The notes beneath the pieces are model-generated. The model made no database searches. It was not told the origin of the DNA and saw only the letters and a program-made list of their open reading frames with translations. Position numbers and translations under genes: made by a program. A stretch of 64,000 bases of DNA from Blepharisma stoltei ATCC 30299 (lineage: Eukaryota > Protista > Ciliophora): assembly GCA_965603825.1 (NCBI GenBank), contig CBFDEM010000006.1, forward strand, positions 1 through 64,000. The letters run 5' to 3'. Numbering within the stretch: position 1 is the first letter of the stretch; the number at the start of each line of letters is the position of its first letter. Below are positions 47,530-57,724 of this stretch, piece by piece.

Positions 47530-47832
47530 ATGAAAGGAGAAAGAGTTGTCTGCACTGTTCAAGGATGTCACCGCAGTTATAGCACCCAGGCTAATTTGGA
47601 AAAGCATTATGAAGCAGAGCATGGCAGCGTAAGACGATATCAATGTGAAATTTGCAAGCATTATTTATCATCTAAGCAGAATCTCAATGAACACTTGCTT
47701 AAGCATACAGGAGAGAAACCTTTTGTCTGTAAAGTCCTCGGTTGTGGGAAAAGCTTCAGGCAAGGGAGCCAACTCTCTTTGCATAATAAAATGCATCGAG
47801 AAGTTGAAATGAGGCTGAAAGACTTGAAGTAG
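47530..47832 (+). CDS. Three-finger C2H2 zinc-finger protein, 100 aa
   Basis: CTVQGC..H..H, CEICK..H..H, HTGEKP linker, CKVLGC..H..H. Confidence 0.85.
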   Translation: MKGERVVCTVQGCHRSYSTQANLEKHYEAEHGSVRRYQCEICKHYLSSKQNLNEHLLKHTGEKPFVCKVLGCGKSFRQGSQLSLHNKMHREVEMRLKDLK

Positions 47833-48310
47833 ACTAAGATAAAAGATAAAAGGATAAAATAGCAAAAGCTGCGAAATTGGAACTATTTCTAGCTATAATT
47901 AAATTCATTTAAATTGGGATCTTTATCTGAGCCTTACTTATAAATGCTTTGCCGGCAAATTGTAAATTCTGACAATTAGAAATTGCAAGATTTTAATAGC
48001 TAAGTCTTTTTTTAACTCTTAATAAACTTTAAAATGTACTTATTTCTACCTTCCCGATACTTGATAGAACGATTCCATTGCAAAGCCTCCTAAAGTCGGA
48101 AAAATTAAGGAATAGATGTTTAAACTTTTTATAGAGTATGTTAAAAATAGTTAAAGTTTGAAGAAAAATGATTCTTTTATCATTAAAAGAATTCTTCTCT
48201 ATTATAATAAAAATCTGTAGTTTAATCTATACTTACACAAATTCTGTTAATTATTCAATTAATCCCATTAATTTGAGCAGAATTTATATTATATTATTTC
48301 TGATATTATT

Positions 48311-48787
48311 TTAACTCATAATTGTAAGCTGTTTTTCGCACGAAGGAAGCGTTATTCCAATTTGCGGAGAAGTAATCGAAGGTAACACAATTTCTTGACT
48401 TAGTAGCTTTATATTGTTCTCCTCAAACTCTTCTTTTTCTGTCTTGATCAGTGCAGACGTTAATAAGCTTAAGCTCGTTTCAACTTGTGGGATTCCTCGA
48501 AAGCGCCTTATGACTTCTTGATGGATTTTTTTATGTAAAGAAAGCTGACTTCCTTGTCTAAAACTTTCAGCGCAACCTTCATAAGGGCAAGCATAAGGCT
48601 TAATCCCTGTATGCATAAACCGATGCTCCTTTAAATTTTGTTTTGATGAGAGATATTTTTTACAAATTTTACATCTGAATCGCTTCACACCCATATGTTG
48701 GCCTTCGTAGTGTCTTTTTAGGTTGAATTGGTTGCAATAATCCTTATTGCAGCCTGGAACCTTGCAAGCAAATCTCTGGATTTCCAT
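48311..48787 (-). CDS. Three-finger C2H2 zinc-finger protein, 158 aa, paralog of 47530..47832
   Basis: CKVPGC, CKICK, HTGIKP, CPYEGC; shares YLSSKQNL and SFRQGSQLSLH with its neighbour. Confidence 0.9.
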   Translation of the reverse strand: MEIQRFACKVPGCNKDYCNQFNLKRHYEGQHMGVKRFRCKICKKYLSSKQNLKEHRFMHTGIKPYACPYEGCAESFRQGSQLSLHKKIHQEVIRRFRGIPQVETSLSLLTSALIKTEKEEFEENNIKLLSQEIVLPSITSPQIGITLPSCEKQLTIMS

Positions 48788-49346
48788 AATAATTTATAAA
48801 GCTGAAAATCACTGGAAAAATATGTCTATATAGAATCTATTTATAAACAGTTCAATAACTGATACCACACCAAATATTTACAAAGGCATTTAAATACTTG
48901 AGTTATTCATTCATTTTAATTATTTTCGTTTCAGCTTACGATAAATAAATAAAAAATTTTAATATTATTCTTATTATGGCTTCTAAAAAGAGATTTTTTA
49001 AATATTATGAGAAAATATGATTATCTTAGTAAAAATAAATTTCATACCACAATCTATCGTTAATAATTAACAGCTAGAATTGCCAAATTAAATTATAATA
49101 AAACTTTTTATTTTAATATAATCTCAGAATCTGATACTAATACAACTAAATATGCAAATCGCCTTTTCCATTCTATATATAATTTTTTTTATGAACCCAC
49201 TTTATCAAAAAGCTCTTATATTATATCCTATTCCCCCAAGAATGAATAAAATGATATATATAATCGACACTTAATTTTCAAATTTCGATTAATAATAAGC
49301 AAGATCAAACACTATTATCTATAAAACAAGCTTTAAATATCAGCAT

Positions 49347-51926
49347 TTAAATTTTATTACCTTTGCTCATTTCCACTATTCTTTTTAAATCTTGAGGACT
49401 TGATGGTTTCAATACTAAATAAACCTTACAAAACTCATCCATTCCTGCATTAAGACATTTTTGTCTTAATTCACTATCTCCAGACATCCCACATATAAAT
49501 GTTCTTGGCGCGCCTTTTTGCGCTTCAATATCTCTAATCTGCTGTGTTGCTTTCAGCCCATCAGTGATCGGCATATAAACATCCATAAATATTATTTGAT
49601 ATAAAAACCCTTGGTCTATATATGATTTAAACATTTCTACCGCCATATTTCCATCTTTTGCACTATCATAGCTAGCCCCGAATAGTTTATTTACTATTGC
49701 TTCAATAATTTCTCTTTGGTTTTCTATGTCATCAACGACCAAAACTTTCATTTTTTGAGGGTCAAGTTTATATTTTTGGCAATCTTTTTCGATAAATTTG
49801 TGAATTTTGACTGTGTCTGTTTGTGAATAATCAGGCAGTGGAGATTTGCTGCCAGGACTAGAAATTTTGATTTTTCTATTTATAAGATTATTTACAAAAA
49901 CTTTTCTGGGGTTTTCTGCTTGGAAATTAGTTTCATATTTAGCTGGGTCAAAAGTGACAAGTCTTACAATATCATTTGAATTATAAACATAAATTTTGTG
50001 GAATAGATCAGAGTTTTCGTCAAAATCAGACACCTCAATGCTGGAAAATGTAGAGCAGCGCTGAATGGGCTCTATCTCTATATGAGAAAGAGCTTGTATT
50101 TCGAATTTTGCAAAATAGCTGTCTTTATGGCGGGATCTCAGCTTTATAATTTGATTATCTAATTGTTTACATTCGTCTATCCAGCTCTCTGGTAATGGCT
50201 TTCATTTAGCTGTCAATGGGGTTTCATATGTTTGGTTTGAGGTAATACGGATAAGCTTTGATTTGGGCGCTTTATCAGAAATAGAGTAAGGTATTTTTAA
50301 AATTAACGTAAATTTATCAGTCTCAATTTCCCCCATTGATGCTTCCGAGATTTGCCCCGAAAGAAACGCTAAAAGAGAGTCCAGCAGCGCAATCCCAAAT
50401 CCATATTGAAGACAATTTTCTACAAGCTCTTCCATCGAAATTCTATTTTTTTCTGTTCTCTTTACATGAAAAATCTTTCTTAAATCCGCGTTCTCAAATT
50501 TCCTTGTCCTTATCGACAGCGTATAAGCTAAGCAAAGTTCTTTGCCTATTGCAGACTATATTACTATTACAGAAATTTCTGCCCGTAAATAAATTTCAGA
50601 ATTAGGGAGTGCTGTATCTATCGCAAACGCAAAAATTGTTTGCAGGATATAAAAATGCATAGACTGGTCCCCTATAACTGACTTTGGGATTCCTTGATCT
50701 TTTTGATAAGTCACAGTAATCCCTTTCCTTTGTGCTTTTCCATATGAAATTTCAATAGCATTTTGTATGTCATCGTCTATGCTGAAAGAATCTTTACTGA
50801 GCACAATTGAGTTAAAAAATACTGATTGGTATATTAAACTTGTACAGTGAAAATACTTAATCGTCATAAATTCTTGGAAATTTTCTTTGCTCTGAGGATG
50901 GCTATCATCTATATCGCTTCCTAATGATCTCCCAAAGGCTTCTAATGCTGGCTTTGCGGCTCTTGTAAGAGAAATCTGAAGGGCTTTATTATTAACACTG
51001 TCAGTAATATCAGTACATATAAGCATTGCGCAGTTTTCTGACTTCCATGTAATGCTTTCTGCATAAATAGAATAGCCTAGTACGTCATTTTTATTAAATT
51101 CTATATCTTTTCCATGTTGTTTACATAAAAACTCTTCTTTTCCAGGACATCCTTTCAGAATAGCATTTTTTATTAGTAATTCTATTAAATCATGATAATC
51201 TTGTACAAAAATTTCCATAAAGTTGTTTGTCCCAGGATGTAGCTTTGCGATCATTTTTAGGGCATTTTTATTAAGATGAATAATATTTCCTGAAGAATTA
51301 ACAATAAATACTGCAAAATGCAAATTTTGGAAAAATGAATAATAAGTCGAGTTTGATTTTTTTATCGATTGATAAATTCTTCACAATGTTCTGAAGTCTT
51401 TTTCAGCGACTGAAAATATAAAAGTAAAGGTAAAAACTGCTAGAATAAGGCCTGAAAGTTTGATGCTATTCATAAGATATAGGAAAAGTATCTCAATCAG
51501 GCTGATGAATAAGAAATTTGTCCAGTGGCTGAATAAGTTTAATGTGAATACAAAACTTAGCGAAAAACCTGCAAAGCTTTCAAAAAAATCCCCTGTCTTA
51601 ATTATTTTTGATAGGCACATAAAAGTGGGAATTTCCAATAGGATTCTTTGGATAGTTGGGGAGGTATTTCTTGCCACAAATCATGGCAAGCATGTCGAAA
51701 TAAAGCTGGCAGCTTCATAGAAAGTTAAATCGCCTAAAATAAGTAAAGTTAACACAATTAGTATTAGTCAGCCAAAAATGTAGGCAATTGAGTCTTCATG
51801 AGCTCGGGAGATATCTAAAGAATACCGTTTTTCAGTGCAGCTATCTTTGAAAAGAAGATTAATATTTTGCTCAAAGGATTGGTCATGATAGTATAAGTTG
51901 GAATTTTGATACGCAGGCGACACCAT
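49347..51926 (-). CDS. Hybrid histidine-kinase-like sensor (TM - PAS - degenerate HisKA/HATPase - receiver), 849 aa; join complement(49347..49414,49430..50555,50571..51926)
   Basis: Four track ORFs join with 4 TGA=Trp and two 15-nt introns. PAS-like AVFIVNSSGNIIHLN...CTDITD; IPKSVIGD; YGFGIAL; receiver KVLVVDD...IIFMDVYMPITDGLKAT...GMSG...AGMDEFLLKP. Confidence 0.85.
49415..49429 (-). other. 15-nt stop-free intron GTAAGGTTTATTTAG
   Basis: TA at 9-10; removal converts GMDEFCKVYLVLKP to the canonical receiver motif GMDEFLLKP. Confidence 0.88.
50556..50570 (-). other. 15-nt intron GTAATAGTAATATAG
   Basis: A at position 10; terminal TAG is in frame; removal joins the ORFs. Confidence 0.82.
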
Positions 51927-52397
51927 AATTTAATAAGCAAAAGCCTTAATAAAATAAATTAATAATCAGTTTTTATATATTATTTGCTTATCCGAGAAAT
52001 ATGAAAGATTTTCATTTGATGCTTAGGGTAATCAGTCCATAGTATTTAATAATTTTTTTTGAAGAGTTTATATAGAGTTCAGCATTAATTGTCTAGTATC
52101 TTTTATTAGGCTAAGCCCTTTTTGCGCACGAATTCTTATAATTAAAGTTAAAATTTTGCCTCATTAGAAGCTTCAAGCAGTTAGCTAAATAATTTTTCGA
52201 AATATTTCTGAATGGGCTTAAATACTATTGCAAAAATTTATAATAAATAAATGTGGAAATCTCTGCTATCAATTATCTCGCATTCTAGCATAAAAATTTA
52301 GGAACCCAAAAGAGTCCAAGGAACAAATCAAAAATCCCCGTTTTTTGAAATAGAGTTATAAATTGGCATATAATTATTAGCCGTTTTCAAATACTTT

Positions 52398-52742
52398 ATG
52401 AAAGTTCTGCTTGGAATATTTTTACTTGTTCAGGTTTTGTGCGCTGATAATATCGCTGAAGAAGAAGGCGTAACAATAGAAGACGGAGACTCTTATACAG
52501 TTTCTGCAGATGAATTTGGCGAAACTTATGATCTGTTAATAGCTTCAATCACAGATTCAGATTTTGATGATCAGCCTACAAGGATAACAAATTTAGATGA
52601 AGAAATTGAGTTTGTTATGCTTGATTATGATGGACAAAACTACTTAGTTTCTGTTGATGAAGATTTTTTATTAGACTATTATAGTGATGAAGGCGAGTCT
52701 CAAGAATCATCATCATTTTTGGAAATAAAGCTCAGAGAATAA
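52398..52742 (+). CDS. Small secreted acidic protein, 114 aa
   Basis: Signal peptide MKVLLGIFLLVQVLCA, very D/E-rich, C-terminal SSFLE. Confidence 0.78.
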   Translation: MKVLLGIFLLVQVLCADNIAEEEGVTIEDGDSYTVSADEFGETYDLLIASITDSDFDDQPTRITNLDEEIEFVMLDYDGQNYLVSVDEDFLLDYYSDEGESQESSSFLEIKLRE

Positions 52743-53112
52743 AAGTTTATTGTTTGTTAGTGTTAATTTGCTCTCTATTGAAAATTTTTAATTTATATAC
52801 AAAATTATTAGACTTTGATTAGACAAAAAAGATTTTTTATGTTTTCAGATTCATAATTATATACAGCAAGCTTATTACTGCATTTCGTTTTAATCCTCTG
52901 TTTAGATTTTATCCTTATATCATAGACATTTCACAGTCTTTTTATGGAACTTTCACTATTATTTATCATCATCTTGGCTGATTTTTGGCTCGCAAGCTCT
53001 TAAAATGCTCATAAGCAGCGTGTTTTAATCATCTTCATTAGCCTGAAGCTATATTTAGCATCTCTCACTAATTTTACCTAAATTATTCTATTAACTATTT
53101 CCTAATAATAAT

Positions 53113-54735
53113 ATGAGTGGACCTTACGCAGGCAGGGCTGATGAAGCTGGCAACGTGAATCCTCAAATCTTCGACGAAGAAGCAGAAGAATCAAAAGGAG
53201 AGATGGCTCGCCTTACATCCTTTGTTGGAGCCATTGCCATTTCTGAGCTTGTCAAAACCACTCTAGGTCCCAAAGGTATGGACAAAATCCTTAAGAGCGC
53301 TGATCCAAACGAACAGAAAATCACAGTTACAAACGACGGTGCCACGATTCTTAAATCAATCTATGTAGATAATGCAGCTGCAAAAATTTTAATTGACATT
53401 TCGAAAACCCAAGATGAAGAAGTCGGGGATGGGACAACAACAGTCGCTGTGCTTGGAGGAGAATTATTAAGAGAAGCAGAACAGCTTATAATTGCAAAAA
53501 TCCACCCTCAAATTATCATTCAAGGATGGAGACTTGCAAAAGATGCCGCAAGAAAAACCCTTCTATCCATTGCAAGTGACCATTCTCAAGATACCGCAGT
53601 TTTCAGAAGAGACTTAGAAAGCATTGCTGGAACCACCCTGAGCTCAAAATTACTTGTCCAAGAAAAGGAGCATTTTGTCAATCTTGCTGTAGATGCAGTA
53701 TTAAGACTCAGAGGAAGCGACGATCTAAAGCTTATACAAATTATTAAAAAGGCAGGAGGAAATTTAAGGGACTCTTTCTTAGCTGATGGATTTATTTTAG
53801 AAAAAAAAATTGCTTCAAAATCCCCTAAGGTAAAAATCACCCCAAGAATTCTTGTCGCGAACACTCCTATGGACTATGATAAAATCAAGATTTTCGGGTC
53901 TAAGGTAAAGGTGGATTCTATTGATAAAATAGCTGAAATTGAAGCTGCAGAAAGGGAAAAAATGAAAAGAAAAGTTGATAAGATTCTTGCACATAAGCCA
54001 AGCATATTTATTAACAGACAACTTATATATGACTATCCTGAATCTTTGATGGCTGAACAAGGAGTTATGGTGATTGAACATGCTGATTTTGATGGGGTTG
54101 AAAGACTATCATCTGTCTTAGGAGCTGATATTTTATCTACCTTTGACTCACCAGAAACTGCAAAGCTTGGGACTTGTGAATTAGTTGATGAAATCATGAT
54201 AGGAGAAGACAAAGTCATCAGATTCCAAGGCTGCCATGAAGGTAGAGCCAGCACCATTGTGCTAAGAGGAGCTTCTACTCACATCTTAGACGAGGCTGAA
54301 CGCAGTCTTCATGACGCTCTCTGTGTGCTTGTTCAAACCATCAAAAATTCCAAAGTTGTATACGGAGGCGGAAATACTGAAGTCACAATGGCTGAGGCGA
54401 CAGACGAGCTAGCAAGAACTATTCCAGGCAAAAAGTCCTTAGCAATTGAAGCCTATGGCCGCGCCTTACGAAAACTCCCAATGATTGTGGCTGACAATGG
54501 TGGTCTTGACAGTGCAGAAATTATTTCTCAATTGAGAGCAGAAATACACAATGGAAACACAAGAGCAGGAATTGACATAAATAAAGGATGTGTCGGAGAT
54601 ATGGAAGAGCTCGGCATAAAAGAGTGCTTGAGGGTTAAAGAACAAGCATTACTTGCAGCTTCAGAAGCAGCTGAAATGATTTTAAGAGTTGATGAGATTG
54701 TAAAAGCAGCTCCAAGGAGAAGAGAAGGATATTAA
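53113..54735 (+). CDS. CCT2: Chaperonin CCT/TRiC beta subunit
   Basis: [78 protein letters not shown]. Confidence 0.97.
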   Translation: MSGPYAGRADEAGNVNPQIFDEEAEESKGEMARLTSFVGAIAISELVKTTLGPKGMDKILKSADPNEQKITVTNDGATILKSIYVDNAAAKILIDISKTQDEEVGDGTTTVAVLGGELLREAEQLIIAKIHPQIIIQGWRLAKDAARKTLLSIASDHSQDTAVFRRDLESIAGTTLSSKLLVQEKEHFVNLAVDAVLRLRGSDDLKLIQIIKKAGGNLRDSFLADGFILEKKIASKSPKVKITPRILVANTPMDYDKIKIFGSKVKVDSIDKIAEIEAAEREKMKRKVDKILAHKPSIFINRQLIYDYPESLMAEQGVMVIEHADFDGVERLSSVLGADILSTFDSPETAKLGTCELVDEIMIGEDKVIRFQGCHEGRASTIVLRGASTHILDEAERSLHDALCVLVQTIKNSKVVYGGGNTEVTMAEATDELARTIPGKKSLAIEAYGRALRKLPMIVADNGGLDSAEIISQLRAEIHNGNTRAGIDINKGCVGDMEELGIKECLRVKEQALLAASEAAEMILRVDEIVKAAPRRREGY

Positions 54736-54737
54736 AA

Positions 54738-55181
54738 TTAACGATTATTTATTTGATTTAGAACTTTAAATGATTTTTGGCTAAATGTCACTGTTAAGTG
54801 CTTGTCAAAATCTTTTGGTCGGTTTTCTATTGACTTTTGAGAAAGTCGAGGACTGAAAATTGAATTATGTACAAGAGGTTTTAAGTGAGGTAAACGGGTT
54901 TTTAATGGGTTTTTTTTAGATGGCTGAATAGGAGGCGTTTGAAAAGGGTCCAAACTGTTTCGTAAATGTTTGCAAGATAACGAAGAAATCAGTTTCGAGT
55001 TCTTCATAGGGTCTTGTGAATGAGATTTTGGAGATGTCACAATAATTTTATAAGGATGGCGGGGCTCTTGCTGAATTTCTGGCAAGGGCTCAAGATATCG
55101 GATGCTTGGCTTTAGGGATCTTGATTTATTTGAAAAGAAAAAGTCAGGAGGAAATAGAGTAGTTGAGTTAAAATTTTTCAT
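54738..55181 (-). CDS. Hypothetical Pro/Lys/Ser-rich protein, 147 aa
   Basis: Clean ORF occupying otherwise unexplained GC-richer DNA; its stop is 2 nt from the CCT2 stop. Confidence 0.6.
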   Translation of the reverse strand: MKNFNSTTLFPPDFFFSNKSRSLKPSIRYLEPLPEIQQEPRHPYKIIVTSPKSHSQDPMKNSKLISSLSCKHLRNSLDPFQTPPIQPSKKNPLKTRLPHLKPLVHNSIFSPRLSQKSIENRPKDFDKHLTVTFSQKSFKVLNQINNR

Positions 55182-55340
55182 TTATATGGGATCAGTGAGA
55201 AAATGGCTTTGAAAGTATGATGAAGGCTGCCAGAATATGAAATAGCTTAATGGCTATAACTTCTATAATTAATATAATATTTTAAAAAAATAGAGAAAAT
55301 ACAGTTAAAAATTCAGGCAGAATATAAAATAAATAGATTT

Positions 55341-56135
55341 TTAATCTTCTGAAGCTGATGATGGATTTCTTTGTGTCCTAACTGTATCTTCAGTGATTTG
55401 GGTTGAGCCATCAGCCATTTCCCAGTGTTTTTTTACTTTTCTAACACTTCTTGACCCATCACTTTCAGTCCTAACCTCGCAAGTGACCTTAACAGCTCCA
55501 TCTAGCCAATCATAGACTTCAGGAATTATCCTTATTTCTCCATCAGGGATTTCCACATTTTCCATATCATCTTTTTCTTTAAAATCCCCAGCATATACAA
55601 TACATCCTATACTTTTATATTCCAAATGTGGTCCAAAGCCGATCCCAATCATATTGAATTTCGGGTTTAATAATGCCTGTCTATGAGGTCTTGATGACAG
55701 CCCGTCATCTATTAAAAAGGTCAAAATAGTCTCAAAGCCATCAACAGAGCCATAGTCCAGTGCTTCAGCAATACACTCGTCCCACTTGCCAAAATGCTCC
55801 AAGCGGTCTTGCAATGAGTTTTCTCTGCTTCCTATATGTCCTATAATCCCCAGAGATCCAGAGTCATTACAATGAGCTTGTGCAGCCCTCGCTAATCCTT
55901 CTGACCACTTAAGCGCATTCAGCGGCTCAGTGTTTTTCAATAAATTTATCGCTTCTATTGCTGCATTTTTCCCTTCTCTTGTAATAACAGGAACAGCTCC
56001 AGGTCTATGTCTGGCGTTATTTGTCTTGTACTGAGGCAGGATTTTTTCAACTTTCTCTGCAAATTCTAGTGGGTTGGTCCTAAGAACGTTGATTTCGTTG
56101 AAAATTTCTTGGATGATCTCTGAATAGCTAGGCAT
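55341..56135 (-). CDS. CAP/SCP-domain protein
   Basis: EINVLRTNP, LKWSEGLARAAQAHC, GHIGS, LIDDGLSSRPHRQALLNP, IGIGFGPH. Confidence 0.88.
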   Translation of the reverse strand: MPSYSEIIQEIFNEINVLRTNPLEFAEKVEKILPQYKTNNARHRPGAVPVITREGKNAAIEAINLLKNTEPLNALKWSEGLARAAQAHCNDSGSLGIIGHIGSRENSLQDRLEHFGKWDECIAEALDYGSVDGFETILTFLIDDGLSSRPHRQALLNPKFNMIGIGFGPHLEYKSIGCIVYAGDFKEKDDMENVEIPDGEIRIIPEVYDWLDGAVKVTCEVRTESDGSRSVRKVKKHWEMADGSTQITEDTVRTQRNPSSASED

Positions 56136-56183
56136 TATAATAGCCTTATAAAAAAAATTTAATAAATACGTTTAAGCTTAAGT

Positions 56184-56657
56184 TTAACAAACTGACAAAG
56201 CTTTTTCGGATTCATCTGAAGAAGCGACGAACGATGAATGCGTAGTATTGATATCCCAAAGTCCTTCATCTGAATAATCTGATAAATTTTCACTTTCAAT
56301 TGATTCAATTGCATCAAGTATAGGTCTTATGCATACTCTATGCAAAAATCGATAAAAAGTTACTCCGATTTTTTTTTCTTGGCAGCCCAAAATAGGCGCA
56401 CTAAATACTGCTTTAAACCCTTCTTCTGCTCGGCCAAATATCTTGATCGCTGGGTACGGATTTTGGACTCCAAGACCCAGAGAACTTCTTTTTTCCTGAA
56501 TCGGGTCTTTTTTGACAGGAATTAAAACATCACATTTTACAACTAGCTAGATTTTACCATTTAGGGCTCGTTTAACGCGTCGAATTTTTTGGTTTCGAAG
56601 CCCAATGAATAGAGAAAAAGCTTTGCCAACAGAGTTAAGGATTGAATATATTTTCAT
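56184..56657 (-). CDS. Hypothetical protein, 152 aa; join complement(56184..56542,56558..56657)
   Basis: ATG 56657 plus a 15-nt intron gives a frame continuous with track ORF 56184..56390. Confidence 0.62.
56543..56557 (-). other. 15-nt intron GTAAAATCTAGCTAG
   Basis: TA at 9-10, in-frame TAG. Confidence 0.72.
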
Positions 56658-56787
56658 ATTTATTCAACGACATTAAAGTAATAAATTAAGGGCTATGAAA
56701 TGACCACGGTGTACGTTTAAATCTGAAAGGAGAAAAACTATCATATTTTTTGTAATGGAGTTCATTGTTTTATATTAACTAAAATAA

Positions 56788-57675
56788 ATGGATAATTCTT
56801 CGAAAAATACTCACTCCCTTGAGGTCATGAACTGTGCGCCTGAAAATGAGATGGACGAAACTGATGGGATCTTTGTAAACTCAGCAGCACCGATTACGTC
56901 AGAGATTCTCTTTCAGTTAGCCAAAGATTTTCACACACAGGTGGCGCAGCAAAAAATAGAGAATTCAGGAGAAATTAGGGAGAGCAGACCGAACTTTCGT
57001 GATAGGACTGCAAAAGAGTCGGCTTTTTTCTCCAAAAACTCTCGGATTTTGAAAAATAAGCAAAAAATAAAAAATTTCAACCTTCCTATAGATAAGCTGG
57101 AATTCCGATTATCTGAACTTACTGACGATTTTAGATGCGGTCTATGTGGCGGTGCTTTGAGAAGGTCTTTTATGCTTCTAGGCTGCTATCATAATTGTAA
57201 TTTTTATTCAGTCTGCAAGATTTGCCTTGCCAGATGGCTAAAAGAAGGCAATAAAAAATGTCCTTGTGGCCGAGACATAAAATCATATGTCCCGAATAGA
57301 ATTCTCCAATTTTTAACTTATTTCGTGCTTTATCATTTCCCTGCCTTTTCGCCAAGACTAAGCAAAGCAAATGATTTTCTGAGGTGTTTCGAGTCTTTTA
57401 GTGAGACAGAGGTCTGTGAAAAACAAAAAGAATTGTTTAATTATAGAAAAACCACCATTTTCCAAGTCATCACTGGGGATCAGGCTTTTGGGTTTGAGAC
57501 TTCTGGAGAATTTTGTATTAAGGACATTTATGACCTGATTTTAAGAAAAATTTCTGTCGAAGGAAATATTGTTTGTAAAGGAAAAGTCCTTGAAGAAAAT
57601 CTTATGGTCGGGTTTATTGATGCTTTTATATGGAGAGAACCCCAAGTTCTGACTTTGAGCTTGTTAAAAAATTAA
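56788..57675 (+). CDS. C3HC4 RING protein, RING1/PCGF (PRC1)-like, 290 aa; join(56788..57196,57212..57675)
   Basis: After intron removal: LTDDFRCGLC...CYHNFCKICLARWLKEGNKKCPC. The C-terminal CKGKVLEENLMVGFIDAFIW resembles a RAWUL end. Confidence 0.75.
   Translation: MDNSSKNTHSLEVMNCAPENEMDETDGIFVNSAAPITSEILFQLAKDFHTQVAQQKIENSGEIRESRPNFRDRTAKESAFFSKNSRILKNKQKIKNFNLPIDKLEFRLSELTDDFRCGLCGGALRRSFMLLGCYHNCNFYSVCKICLARWLKEGNKKCPCGRDIKSYVPNRILQFLTYFVLYHFPAFSPRLSKANDFLRCFESFSETEVCEKQKELFNYRKTTIFQVITGDQAFGFETSGEFCIKDIYDLILRKISVEGNIVCKGKVLEENLMVGFIDAFIWREPQVLTLSLLKN
57197..57211 (+). other. 15-nt stop-free intron GTAATTTTTATTCAG
   Basis: TA at 9-10; removal converts CYHNCNFYSVCKIC to canonical CxHxFCxxC. 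Confidence 0.88.
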
Positions 57676-57724
57676 GGATTTTCACATGGTATTATAACAG
57701 AATTATAAGTAGATTTAGCTTAAT

